The position numbers were made by a program, and so were the translations under genes. A stretch of 64,000 nt of DNA from Bugula neritina (Eukaryota; Animalia; Bryozoa). Within the stretch, counting starts at the first letter, position 1; every line of letters begins with the position of its first letter. This document shows, in pieces, positions 1-11,670 of this stretch. The stretch covers positions 18,910,995 through 18,974,994 of the forward strand of contig OZ037765.1 in assembly GCA_964035545.1 (NCBI GenBank). Direction: 5' to 3'. The notes under the pieces were generated by a model. That model was not told the DNA's origin, made no database searches, and worked only from the letters and a program-made list of their open reading frames with translations.

Positions 1-77
1 GTTAAAATACTTAAGGTTAATAACCTCTGAAGGTAAAAGGAAAATTTGGAGCTTTTAGAGTCATTTGTATTCAAAGA

Positions 78-137
78 TCACACACACACACACACACGCA
101 CACGTACACACATGCAACACACACACACACATGCACA
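78..137. repeat. Imperfect (CA)n microsatellite
   Basis: cacacacac... run with a few interruptions. Confidence 0.9.
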
Positions 138-2599
138 AATAAATTGTGGTTTAGTCAAAGTAATAACATACTATTATCACAGTTACTATCAAATATTATT
201 TTCATATGACCTGTTAATCTCAAAAAACAAATCGAAAGCCTGAAACAAAATTTTGCATTGGAACAGCCTGGCATAGTCTGACAAAGTCATAAAATAACAA
301 ATCAATTTTGGAAATAGTAGTTGTGTAGCATATGAAAAATGACCTCTGGGGTCCAATCCAAAATTATATTTCAATTACTAAAATTCCCTAAGCTGGCATT
401 CATAATTTTACATTGACGTTTTTCCTGCTTTGATGTATGTCAACTAATTGAAGAAATGCACTATAAAATGCCTTTACTCTAAATTAACTCTAAGAAGAGG
501 AAGTCGTTTTACATTATATCATATTCATGCAGGCAACAGTTACATGAAAACATATTTGAATAAAATAAATGTATGTTATAAATTTTATATTCATTTGTTT
601 GATAACAATTCTTAGTATTAAACAAAGTGATGGAGTTTAAACAAAAAGAAAACCCTAACTCTTATTTAGCCCAGAAATTTGTGGAGAAAATGCAAAACTC
701 TTAGTTGTAAAGGTCCAGCTGCAGTGCAGGCATTGAAAAATTTGACTGCCTGTGTAAACTGCAGGAAGTATGAAAAGTAGAAAACCGCAGTACAATACAA
801 CAGTGGAACACAGGAGAATGATTAGGAAACACGATAGAAGGTTTCTCTAATATTTAGCAGCATATATATTTTGTTCGAGTGAAAGCTGTAAACAAACATT
901 GTATTTTTTAATCATAATTTGAATATAGTTGTTGACTATCTACTAGAAAATTCATTTTATTGTCCATTACTGGTTGCTAATTTTTTATGCCATTTATTTC
1001 CATTGACAGCTGGAGCTTAATAAAAACACTTGAGACAGCTAAAATAGCGACATAATTATGTATTGCAGGTATGTTTCTGATTAAGTAAAGTTATCTGTTC
1101 CTCACAAAAGATCTGGTATATGTCTTTCCATGAAAACCACTGAAATTAACTTAGAATTCATAACTATGTATACAGATTTAGAAATTAACTTTGACTGCAG
1201 AAAAGTAACTATTTTGCTAAAAGAGTCTGCATTTAAAGTTTTAAATACTATAATTTGAAATTATTGTTTCGACGCCACCAAAACATGTATATTTTCTTTT
1301 TGTTATCTGCATTAAAGTTGCATTTATAATTCAAATTTTGTGTCAAATTTCAAGTTGCTAACATATAGCACGTAACATATTTAACATGATACTATTTGAC
1401 TGAAGCAAGCACTAAAATCTTTTTAAAACAAATTAGCATTCTTAGATATAACTGGAGGATAGTAAGCCTTAATTTAAATAAATGAAATAAAATATAATAA
1501 TTAAAAACTATTAAATAATAGGAAATAAATCACAGAACTTGCATATACTTATAATTACCTCAAAGTAGATTTAGGCTGTTAAAAACTGCAAGCTATGTCT
1601 TTCTATAATTAACGCTTTCTTCTGACTCAAAGGAAAATGATTTTGAGGACTTCAGTTGAAAGTTTTTAGTGTTTACTCAAAGAATGTAAATTGAGTTGAA
1701 CCTCTAGCTGATGCATGGGAGTTGAGGTGTTGTAAGAAAAATAGAACCCTTTAGAAATATTACTTCACAGATGCTTTTAATGAAATACATATAGGAATAG
1801 AAAACAACAGTAACTACTACACAAGTTTTGATTTTGCATGGTAATATTTTATTACTAAATATTAGAAAGAAAACTTATTAATCTTATTTATATTCTTATT
1901 CCGATTCTGAAAAATAAAGATCCTTAAGAGATGAAAGCTTAGCACAGGTACATGTGGACTCTCTACATAACTACAGGTGGTTTTTCCTTCGCACTACTGG
2001 ATTACTTAGACAATTGGAAAGATATGGGTATGCATAACATTTATTCATATAAAACATTACAATGGCAATTGTGGCCAGTTTGTATTTGTGGAAAAAGCTG
2101 AATTTAAATAAGTGCAAAGGCTGTTGGATTTATTGTTGGAGTTGTCTTCCCATGCAGATGCAGTTTTTACTACATCATTATAATATTTTTATGTAATCAT
2201 AGGTTTGTATCTTTGGGCATAAAGTTTGTGAAATATAGTATGTTTTTATTATAACTATGCTGCATCTCTTTTACACTTTGATTGTTATTGAAACCACCAA
2301 GCAAAAAAAGTAATAAGCCTATAGAAAGATTTTTGAATAGGTGTAATATATGACAATATATTTTAACACTAAACTGGTAAATATGCAAGGAGTAATAACA
2401 TAGATAGCAACAGAATCAAAAAAAAATATGATTAAACCCAAAGACAAATATTTTTTTATTTAAAGCTAGAATTGAAACAAAGTTTCAATAATTAAGTGTG
2501 TTAAAAATTAGCTCAAATATAACTATACGAGTAAGTATTTTGCACTCTGTAGCATGTACCATAAAAGGATTGTATTTTTTCTAGGCATCATTGAGGAGC

Positions 2600-3590
2600 T
2601 CACTGTAATATTTCTCTCTGACTAGACATGTTGTATCTAAATAATATTTGCTTCCAACATATTTGTTGTACTACATTTACTACCCATCATCCACTACATT
2701 TGCTTTTATCTGATGTTAATTAATAAGGAGTTGTCACACTTGACCAGCTCTTCATACAACTTGCTCGGTCATTTCTCAATATTTAAGATGACTTTCTAAC
2801 AGTCTGTAATTTTAAAATATATATAGGATTATTATAATCTGAATACTTCATTACATTATTAAAACAAAATTTTCCAGTATAATTTTCAAAATATCTTTTG
2901 ACAGCAGTAATTATCATGTATTAAATAAATTATATGGTTTTTGAATCAACGTTAATTCAACTAAAATCATACAGAAATTAGAAGGTTGGTTCGTGGCTTA
3001 ATAACACCATATCTATTCATTTATCATAAACATCATCACCATTTTTTAAATAAAAATAAGTGCATTACCTGTGTCAATACTCGACTGTCATCAACTTGGT
3101 GAGCTGGAACTTTGATATGATCGAGTCATTGTATGATTTCTGTATGACATTCAACTCCTGCTCTATCTCCAATCTTTCATCCTGCTTTTCCAAAAAGTTT
3201 TATGAGTTTTGATACCAAGTGGCTAGTGAAATCAATGTTTATTTGTTATTCAAAATATATAGTATATAAGAATTAGTTATATTTCTAAAAGTAAAATTTT
3301 CAAATAAAATAATACAGTATAATTTAGACATGACATAGTGATGAACACAACATTTTACTCACTGCGCCGACTTATTCTGTAAAACTCTCTTAATCCACAA
3401 TCTCTCTCCTTTACCAAACACAGTAAATGAGTACACAGTAGCTGAAGTGATAGACATGATGAGTGATAATATTAGTTGAGTGAATCTTTGCTCAATAAAC
3501 TCTCTTGGCTGATGCAAATCAAGTTTGTGACTTTGTGTTGTCAGAGTTATGTTTTTGATTGTTGAGTGTAATGAAGTTAGCAATGCATCT
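2600..3590 (-). pseudogene. Decayed multi-exon gene remnant of unknown family (copy 1; paralog at ~26530-27950)
   Basis: Exon-like blocks bounded by AG/GT on the minus strand (~3362-3588, ~3068-3222, ~2600-2806) with in-frame stops, e.g. NFLEKQDERLEIEQELNVIQKSYNDSIISKFQLTKLM. The same blocks recur in the same order at 26530-27950. Confidence 0.4.
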
Positions 3591-4737
3591 AAATTTGAAT
3601 TTATATTATTTATTACAATTTTTTAATAACACATGAGTAGTCTATTAATAATGCCATATAAATTCACTTGTTTTATTTGTCCACAAATTGTGCATATTTA
3701 TTTTTAAATAGACCACAAAAGTGTTTTTGTATTGTGTTGTGAGATGTTTCTTTTAAACACGATATTATATGCTACTGTGAGTTAAGTGTATCATTTAAAC
3801 ATTATGTGCTAAAAATTTCAACAATGACATTCTATTAGCAGTTATGCTCCCCTGTATGCATATATAAACTTGTGAACAGTAGACAGAAGTTATCTAAGGC
3901 CAAATTGGTGATATTAGGAAATTGCAACTATACTCATAAATATTTTTGGTTACAATATAAAACAAGTCCTCAGCCTGCTTTAAACAACAACTTTTTAATT
4001 AATGGTTTTAACAGGAATAGCCACTATTATAGTTTGGCAAAAAAATCCAATTTTTGTCTTAGGTTTGCATCTTTGTTATATTAAAATTCCTAAAGATTTC
4101 AAAGCATCGGAACCTTAAATTTATAAAACAAGTTGCTCTCCAACATTAAATTTGGTCTATTTTGCGTAAATAAACTAGGATAATATTTTTACCCTCAGAC
4201 GCTTCTGTACTTTACATTATACTCGTATTATAGTATGCAACAGTAGTTATACTTTATAGTATACTATATAAATAGCATAGTATTGTAGCATAGCATTATC
4301 ATATTAAATTGCATTTTATTATATTTTGTTATAGTATATGTTACATAAGTAGTATTTTATAGGATACTACATATAGTGTAGTGGGGTAACGAGAGGGGGA
4401 GGGGGGCACAATGGTCATAGGGGTACAAAGAGCAGGCCAAATTGTGAGAAAACTTATTGACTTATAGTTGTGATTTCTTTTTAATAAACAGGTATTGGCA
4501 TAATTATTCAGCCATTGTAGTTTCAACACTTGCGGAACATATGTGTTGAAGAGGCGAGTAAAAAGCTGTTTTTACTTACTTTTTGTAATTTTTTAAGATT
4601 TCGTTAAAGCTTTATAACTTTTCACAATCAAAGGTAACAAGCCCAGATTTTACTGATATCGTTGCTTTTGCTTGTCTCTACATTGCTTAACTAGTATAAC
4701 AACAAACTCTAAAAATGAATTTTCCTTGAGCCACATT

Positions 4738-5486
4738 CACGGGCTTTCCATGTACCGATCTGAGAAATGTGCTCAGATCGATCGTTTTTCCATGAGAGTG
4801 TCAGATCGATCTCGCGAAGTTGCCTCCTCTTAAGTGAAGGATACTTTAAAAGTATAATTTGTTCACCTATTTGAGTGATTAAAGCTACCACTATTGAAAA
4901 CAAGATGGTCGTAGTCTAAAATTTTATCCCAGCTATAAACTATACGCAGCAAAGCTTTCAGTGTATGGTAATTTGGCCAATTTAAAATAATTAATTTTAA
5001 TTTTTTAGCTTGACAGCTTATATAAAATTAATGGCTGTCTTGCAGATTATTAATAAACTTACAGGGCTGTTAGGCTTAAAATTACAAAAAAATAGCTAAT
5101 GAAACTAAGTTTTAATAGTCATTTAAACTCAATTTAAATTCTCCCATTTTTTTACCTTCTACTGCATATAATTGAGTTTTCTTAATCATTGTACTGAAAG
5201 TCAAAGTTTTGGCATCTGAAAAGGTGGCTATCATAAATATTTAATACTTTGCTTAGTAATTATCAATAAGTTATCATTTTTATTAGCAGACAACATTGTA
5301 GCGCGCAGTCTTTTTCTACTTCTCAGATCGATCTGGCGTCTTTCCATGGTCTTATTGACATGAGATCGATCTGAGTTCGAGCTCCACAGACCGACCAGCT
5401 CAGATCGACTGAGATCGATCTTTGGCGTCTTTCCATAGATCGATCTCGCTGAGATCGATCTGAGATCGGTACATGGAAAGCCGGTG
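4738..5486. mobile_element. MITE with CAC...GTG termini (CACTA/CMC-like)
   Basis: TIR cac(g/c)ggctttccatgtaccgatct at both ends; flanked by ATT/ATT 3-bp duplication (4735-4737, 5487-5489); many subterminal agatcgatct motifs. Confidence 0.75.
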
Positions 5487-6024
5487 ATTTATGTTCAATT
5501 TGGCCACACTGACCGGGTCACAATGGGCCACCTGATTATTGCACCCTGATCACTTTTATTAGTTTGTTTGCCCAAAAAGTTGGTTGAAATGTTACTAAAG
5601 TCTATAGGTATAGCTATTTCTGACTTTTTTTGTAAAAATATCAAAGACATCATAGTAAGACTACCAAACTACAAGGTGAAGCTCTCCTAATATATACATC
5701 TGGTGAGGTTAAAGTCTTGCCATTTTATACATAATACAAAACACTCTGCTGTTGCTACTAGTAAATGTCATGATATTCATTATACATTATATCATTGAGG
5801 GAATATACATGCATTTGACTAAAATGAATTGTAATTTCCTCATTTGCTCCCCCTCTCACTTTCGTACTCAAGCCACAAGCCGAAGCTATGCACCTTAGCT
5901 ACAGTTCATAGAAAAAATTCCACTCAAGTTTTGAAGTACATGTTACTAAAGTTTTTTCTGATAAAAGTTTTTCTGAAGTGAAAATAAAAACACCATTTTT
6001 AGTTCTAAACAGTAATGATAATAG

Positions 6025-6330
6025 TGTTATGATTTTCAGAATTAGGGTCGATGTGCAACCAAGAGAGTCTGTTTACTGCTAGAGAGACTTCACCGTGATA
6101 AGTCGAGTAGATATTGTTATATTTAGATACAAAGATACATAATAAAGTTTGCTATACAACAGTTAATAATACACGCATCTATTTAGTTCACTACACTATC
6201 TTCAACTGGGCTAGTAGCGCGAAGCTACTACTGTTACTCATAAGCAGCTTAGCTAATTGGCTAATACATCGTTCCGGGTCAATACGCAACCTTGCGTATT
6301 GTGTTGCTGGTAGCTCTACGAGCCACCACA
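6025..6330 (-). repeat. 3' LTR (306 bp)
   Basis: Direct repeat of 13167-13472 with 2 substitutions; TG...CA ends. Confidence 0.97.
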
Positions 6331-6343
6331 CTGCCCCCTCCAG
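6331..6343 (-). promoter_or_regulatory. Polypurine tract (PPT)
   Basis: Minus strand reads tggagggggcag immediately before the 3' LTR. Confidence 0.8.
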
Positions 6344-6601
6344 CAGAAAGCCCTCTTTCTGATAAAAATATAATTCACATAAAAAAACTTTTACCTCGGT
6401 GGGCTGAGAGAGAACAATATAAAAGTATATACAAAAGCCAACTGATTAGATATACATGTATATATAAAAAAAATATGCACAATGAATGATACAAAGTATG
6501 TAATAAGTCCTATTTACATGTAGAGTACGTGCCACCGTACCGGTAGGGAATGCCACAGAGAGGTAGAGGAGGAGTGGTATGGAGTTGGAGATGGACTCAT
6601 G

Positions 6602-7675
6602 TTAATCGTGGGCCGCCCGCCTCATGCGTTTGATGGACTCCTGTAGATACCTGAGTTCACTGGATGCAGCATGCACGCGTGGGGCCAGTCTATATACTTC
6701 TTGCTCCAGGTCGTGTGCCCTAGCTTCTACTTCTCGTAAGTTGCGGGCCAGAGGGGATGAGCGAGAGAAAGTCTGCTGCCGGTGCCTTTTCCGTTCTGAA
6801 GATGGAAGTGGGGGAGGGAGTGTATACGCCTTCGTGTCTACCCTCTGTAGTACAACACGGGGAAGTGCATGCGGTTGGCGTATAGGACTGAGAGGTGGGG
6901 AGTTAGCTGCTTTTGTAGGTTTATCCATGGTTTCAGAGATGATGGGTCGAGGGGAGGGAAAGCCTTGCTCCAGGCGAGACAGCCGAGCTGGGTCGGTGAT
7001 GAGGGGTCTGATGGCGTTAAGGGATGCGGGATATGATGAATTGTCTACTTCATAGACGTGTCCTTGAAAACACTGCATAGTGCGTTGGTGACGCAGTAGA
7101 TAATCACGATTGTAACTATATTCCTCGCAGGGGCAGAACGTTGTGATGTAATGCTGTGGCAAGTGGACTCTCAGCCTACGATGGGTTGTAAACCGCTGCT
7201 GACATAGGCGGCATTCGCGGTTACTGTCATCTCCTCTATGAGTCTTAATCTCTTTCTCTGTGGCAGGGGTAGTCCAGTTAGAGGTTGCTTCTAACTGGGG
7301 TGGCAGTTGTCTGGTTGTGGAAGTTGGTGGGGCCGGCTCTGGGTCCCACGCCATCTCTAGAGAAGGCATGCCCGGAGAGACGGGCGCGAGTGTGTCTACA
7401 AAAGTAGAATTATTGTTAGATCGCGGTGGATCTTTACAACATAATTCTAGTGGCTGTCGACTGTTACTAGCCTGAGAGTCACAACTTTTAGAATGCACTC
7501 GAGGAACCAGTGAATCATGTGTGGACTGACCAAGAACAGTGTCTAGCTCCAGGTCTAACAGACCGTCGGCCATTACAGTGTCCTCATCGTCATTCACGTG
7601 AAACGTGGTTCCCAGTAATTCTGATTCAATCTGATGAATTAGTTCAGAATTTACTGGCATCGAGCCCGTTTCCAT
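6602..7675 (-). CDS. Retrotransposon ORF3: C2H2 + C2HC zinc-finger protein with acidic N-terminus and C-terminal coiled coil (357 aa)
   Basis: Intact ATG-to-stop ORF between the integrase and the 3' LTR. Contains CRLCQQRFTTHRRLRVHLPQH (Cx2Cx12Hx3H), CPCEEYSYNRDYLLRHQRTMQC (CxCx12Hx5C) and a heptad-rich LREVEARAHDLEQEVYRL...LQESIKRM. No signal peptide or TM segment. Confidence 0.75.
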   Translation of the reverse strand: METGSMPVNSELIHQIESELLGTTFHVNDDEDTVMADGLLDLELDTVLGQSTHDSLVPRVHSKSCDSQASNSRQPLELCCKDPPRSNNNSTFVDTLAPVSPGMPSLEMAWDPEPAPPTSTTRQLPPQLEATSNWTTPATEKEIKTHRGDDSNRECRLCQQRFTTHRRLRVHLPQHYITTFCPCEEYSYNRDYLLRHQRTMQCFQGHVYEVDNSSYPASLNAIRPLITDPARLSRLEQGFPSPRPIISETMDKPTKAANSPPLSPIRQPHALPRVVLQRVDTKAYTLPPPLPSSERKRHRQQTFSRSSPLARNLREVEARAHDLEQEVYRLAPRVHAASSELRYLQESIKRMRRAAHD

Positions 7676-7692
7676 GGATAGGAATACAAGAC

Positions 7693-10600
7693 TTATACTG
7701 GCTTACCTGTGAACTCGGTATTAATGTCCATACTCAAAGTTCTTGGTAAGATTGGAGCTGGTTGTGAGATACGTCTGCCTTTGGCGATGTCAGCGTAAGA
7801 AAAGGCTGAGCATCGTTTCTGAGGCACGAGGTCGGAACTATTTGCTTTACGCGCATTAATTCCTCCCACTATTCCGCCCTCGCAAAAGTTGATATTTGCG
7901 TGGGGTTCACAACTCCAACATTTTATCGTACGGTTTTCCCCTAGACTTTCATGCGTGCCGCTTTTAATGCAGTCACATACAAAGTCTTTTAAATATGGTG
8001 GGGGTTTCCTCGTACGTTGTCCCCGTTCTAGGGGGGGTGACACGCTTTCTGGTTTATTAGTAGGGGCCTGTAATGGCGTCTCTACTTTACCGTTAGCGGT
8101 CACTTCTTCTTGTTCTCCGGATGGAGCCCCTCCCTCCGTGGGGGTTTGCACTTCCGGAACCGGTTCGGTTTCTGGAAGTGATGGAATTAGACTTGGCGGC
8201 GGCGGACACGCTTCTGTTGGTAAAAGCTGTCTTTCCTCTCTCACCAAGTTTTCTTCCCGCGGTATGACCACTTCATATTCAGGTCCATGCCGCCGTTGCC
8301 CGCGTGTTGTTGTCTGCCTCTTGGGCTCCAACAACGGGGGGGCTTCTCCCACTGCGTCGGGGCTAGCCCAATACGGCTTCAAGCGAGACTCATTCTGGAT
8401 AGACACCTGTCTTGAGCGCTCCATTTTGTACGTATGGTTGGGCATAGCCTCGACGATCACGTAGGGTCCCACGAACTTAGGCTGTAACTTAGCCGCCTGT
8501 CCGCAACGCCTACGGTAATTGACCATCCAAACCTTATCTCCAGTTTGACAGAGGGGTGGTTCCTCGGAATCTTCGTGACGCACCTTCCATTGCTGTTTGC
8601 GCAGCATTTCGTGTGCGACCTTCATCCGTTCCACCAGTTCACTGGCATACTCGTGAACTGAGTTATCTTGCTCTGGAACGTGGTAGGTGAGATGGTCAGG
8701 TACACGGGTCTCTCTCCCGAGCATCAAGAGGTTTGGGGTCTCACCAGTACTGGTGTGTGGGGTGCTACGGTATGCACGCATGATCTGCGGCAACACCGTG
8801 TCCCATTCCTCTTGACTGCGTCCAAGGAGGAGACTCCAGAGCGCATCACCTAGCATCCGGTTGTTACGCTCCACCACCCCGTTACCTTGTGGATGGTAGG
8901 GGGTGGTCCTGCTCTGATTTACTCCCCAGAGGCGGCAAAGGTCGCTCATCAGTTGGGACTGGAATTGAGCGCCTTGATCAGAGTGTATCTGCTCGGGGAG
9001 ACCGAAATAGCAGAATACATGTTGGTCTAGTACCCTGGCCACTGTTGGGGCTGACGCATCTGGGATAGCCAGAGCATCCGCCCACCTAGTAAAGTGGTCG
9101 GTTAATACTAATATCCAACTATTGCCTCTGGGGGTCAGGGACATGGGTCCGACCAGGTCTACAGCGACTACTTGCCAGGGCCTGCCAGCATATAGCCTCC
9201 GCCGCCCCGCTTCACCAGGGAGACGGCCATGCTTGCTGGCCTGGCAGATCTCACACTGTTTGACTCTGAGTCGGACGTCCCGCTCCATTTGTGGCCAATA
9301 CCACCGGAGTCGTAATTTGGATATCACTCTCTTGACCCCTGCGTGGGCCTGTTTGTGAGTATCCCAAATCAACTCACGGTGGATGGCAGTGGGGCAGACT
9401 ACCCTCTTCCTCTCTGGATGTCTGCTGCTGGCGGCTAGAGAGATGGTTAGTAGACCATCCTGCTCGAGCCGCAACGAGTCCCAACGCTGACAGTATAGCC
9501 GGAACTCGGCGCATCCCTGTCTTATGCGTTCCTCGCTGGGTCGTCGCCCGTCCTTTTTGGCCCGATATATGTCTGCCACTACCCCAGGCAACTCCTCTTG
9601 GAGCTTCTTCAGCTCCCGGACATTATCGGCCAGTACTGGATTGGCGCGGAGGTTCTGTACAACCTCCGGGGACTCGTCAACCTCCTGCCTGAGTTGACCC
9701 TGGTCCCAGTAAAACGGTGCTCCGTGGTGAGCCAATGTCTCTAACTCGCATCGCGGGGGACCTCCGTCCCTCCTCTCGATGTTGAGACACTGTTTGCAAC
9801 CTCCATCAGGTCGGCGGCTCAAACCATCCGCATTGCTGTGTCTCTTGCCCGGTCGATGTTCGATCCGGTATGAGAATTTAGCTAGGATTTCGAGCCACCG
9901 GGCGACCTGACTAGAGGGCTCTGCTCTCTTGCACAACCAGATCAGCGAGGCATGATCCGTACGCTGCCGGAACTTCCTGCCATATAAGTATGGTCTGAAG
10001 TGCTTCACTGACTTGATTACAGCCAGCAGCTCCTTGCGGGTAGTGCAGTAATTTCGTTCAGCGGGTGAGAGGGACTTGCTGTAGTAGGCTACTACTACCT
10101 CTCGGCCTTCCTGCACTTGTGACAGCACAGCGCCAACATTTTGGTCACTGGCGTCAGTGTCGAGGATGTACTCCAGAGTGGGGTCTGGGTAGGCCAAGAT
10201 GGGCGCCGTTAGTAGGCAGCCCTTGAGGCGGTCGAACGCCCCTTGTTCGACTGGGGTCCACTGCCACGTCACTCCCTTTGCGGTGAGCCGGTTTAACGGC
10301 TGTGCTATGCCCGCAAAATCTGGTATGTATTGCCTGTAATACCCTACCAGCCCCAAGAAAGCCCGGAGTCCGGTCAAGTCTTGGGGGGTGACCCAGTCTT
10401 CTATTGCCCGTACCTTCTCGGGATCCGTTGCCACGCCGTTTCGACCGACAACGTGCCCCAGGTACTTAACCTCTGGCTGCAATAGAGCGCACTTGGAAGG
10501 TTTGAGCTTAAGACCGGCACCTCGGAGTCTCTCAAAGACCTCCTGCAGACGACTGACATGTGTCCCGAAGTCTGGGGAGATCACGATGACATCATCGAGG

Positions 10601-11670
10601 TAGACCAGCAGTGTCTTCCAATGGAGCCCGCTAAGGACTTGCTCCATCAGCCTCTGGAAGGTGGCTGGGGCGGAGGTTAACCCGAAAGGCAGTACCTTCC
10701 ACTTCCACAGCCCGTCCCGTGTGATAAACGCCGCTTTCTCCTGGGCGTCGGGACTCAGAGGGACTTGCCAATAGCCACTCAGCAAGTCTAACGTACTGAA
10801 GTACTTGCTGCCGGCTAGGGCGTCCAACGACTCGTCAATACGAGGTAGAGGGTAGGCGTCCTGTATGGTTACGTTATTGAGTTTGCGGTAATTCACACAG
10901 AACCGCCAACTGCCGTCTTTCTTCCGAACCAGTACGACCGGTGAGCTCCACGCACTATGGGCGGGCTCTATGAGGCCGCGGTCCAGAAGATCCCGTACTT
11001 GTCGGCTAACCTCCTTCTCTTTTTCCGGCCCCAGCCTGCGTGTGGGTTGCCGGACAGGGACTGTCCCTGCAGTCAGCGGTATTTCGTGTCTGACAACTCC
11101 AGTCAGCCCCACGTCATGATCTCCGCTGCTGAACACATCACCGTAGTCGCGTAGCAACTTCGCCATAGCTTGGCGTTCCTTGTTGCTCGCGCAGCCGCCA
11201 CAGGCTGTTTCATATAACTCCCGGAGATGTGTTGGGACTGCCCCTCGCCCCTGAGTAGGGTATCGAGGGGGTGCCTCCGTCGCGTCACCCAGCGACGGGC
11301 CCACGTCCTCTTCCTGGACGGAGTGGAACCGGCCCAGCATTGACCCAGCTGGGAGCTCAATGGGCTCGGTAAAGGGGTTGACACACTGCACTAAGACCTC
11401 CCCTCGCTCAGTTAGTCGGTTTAAACTACTGGCGAGTTGGATCCTTTCGTGCGCGCCTTCAACGACCCCGAGACTGGCTATCCGGTTGCTGTTCACTCGG
11501 CAGTAGATAGTAGCTCTGGAGCGTCCGGGTACGGTGCAGTTTCGAACTACCTGAACACCGCCCACCAGAGGACGCCCAAACTTATCCACACAGGCGAGTT
11601 CTCGCCCGCCCATCAGCACCACTGACTTGCTAAAGTCTATTCGGCACTGGTGCTGCTTCAAGAAGGACAT
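7693..11670 (-). CDS. pol: Gypsy Pol polyprotein, main open segment (RT, RNase H, integrase)
   Basis: RT motifs PVVLVRKKDG, LDL, LPFGL, YLDD; RNase H TDAS...ELLA...TDH; integrase HHCC (HKQAH...CEIC), D-D-E (VDLVGP, SDQG, VERNN) and GPY motif. The true pol frame extends upstream through the protease. Confidence 0.96.
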   Translation of the reverse strand: MSFLKQHQCRIDFSKSVVLMGGRELACVDKFGRPLVGGVQVVRNCTVPGRSRATIYCRVNSNRIASLGVVEGAHERIQLASSLNRLTERGEVLVQCVNPFTEPIELPAGSMLGRFHSVQEEDVGPSLGDATEAPPRYPTQGRGAVPTHLRELYETACGGCASNKERQAMAKLLRDYGDVFSSGDHDVGLTGVVRHEIPLTAGTVPVRQPTRRLGPEKEKEVSRQVRDLLDRGLIEPAHSAWSSPVVLVRKKDGSWRFCVNYRKLNNVTIQDAYPLPRIDESLDALAGSKYFSTLDLLSGYWQVPLSPDAQEKAAFITRDGLWKWKVLPFGLTSAPATFQRLMEQVLSGLHWKTLLVYLDDVIVISPDFGTHVSRLQEVFERLRGAGLKLKPSKCALLQPEVKYLGHVVGRNGVATDPEKVRAIEDWVTPQDLTGLRAFLGLVGYYRQYIPDFAGIAQPLNRLTAKGVTWQWTPVEQGAFDRLKGCLLTAPILAYPDPTLEYILDTDASDQNVGAVLSQVQEGREVVVAYYSKSLSPAERNYCTTRKELLAVIKSVKHFRPYLYGRKFRQRTDHASLIWLCKRAEPSSQVARWLEILAKFSYRIEHRPGKRHSNADGLSRRPDGGCKQCLNIERRDGGPPRCELETLAHHGAPFYWDQGQLRQEVDESPEVVQNLRANPVLADNVRELKKLQEELPGVVADIYRAKKDGRRPSEERIRQGCAEFRLYCQRWDSLRLEQDGLLTISLAASSRHPERKRVVCPTAIHRELIWDTHKQAHAGVKRVISKLRLRWYWPQMERDVRLRVKQCEICQASKHGRLPGEAGRRRLYAGRPWQVVAVDLVGPMSLTPRGNSWILVLTDHFTRWADALAIPDASAPTVARVLDQHVFCYFGLPEQIHSDQGAQFQSQLMSDLCRLWGVNQSRTTPYHPQGNGVVERNNRMLGDALWSLLLGRSQEEWDTVLPQIMRAYRSTPHTSTGETPNLLMLGRETRVPDHLTYHVPEQDNSVHEYASELVERMKVAHEMLRKQQWKVRHEDSEEPPLCQTGDKVWMVNYRRRCGQAAKLQPKFVGPYVIVEAMPNHTYKMERSRQVSIQNESRLKPYWASPDAVGEAPPLLEPKRQTTTRGQRRHGPEYEVVIPREENLVREERQLLPTEACPPPPSLIPSLPETEPVPEVQTPTEGGAPSGEQEEVTANGKVETPLQAPTNKPESVSPPLERGQRTRKPPPYLKDFVCDCIKSGTHESLGENRTIKCWSCEPHANINFCEGGIVGGINARKANSSDLVPQKRCSAFSYADIAKGRRISQPAPILPRTLSMDINTEFTGKPV

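Noticed and set aside
700-2390. Slightly GC-richer exon-like patches at the window start
   Set aside because: No consistent reading frame or recognisable protein motif.
6114-6362. Duplicated 82/100-aa ORF (also 13256-13558)
   Set aside because: Lies in the LTRs, starts at TTG, and is duplicated only because the LTRs are.
6602-7675. ORF3 as env
   Set aside because: No signal peptide, fusion peptide or transmembrane helix.
7693-8370. Chromodomain at the integrase C-terminus
   Set aside because: Tail is Pro/Glu-rich with an RxRKPPxYLxDF motif; no chromodomain aromatic pattern.
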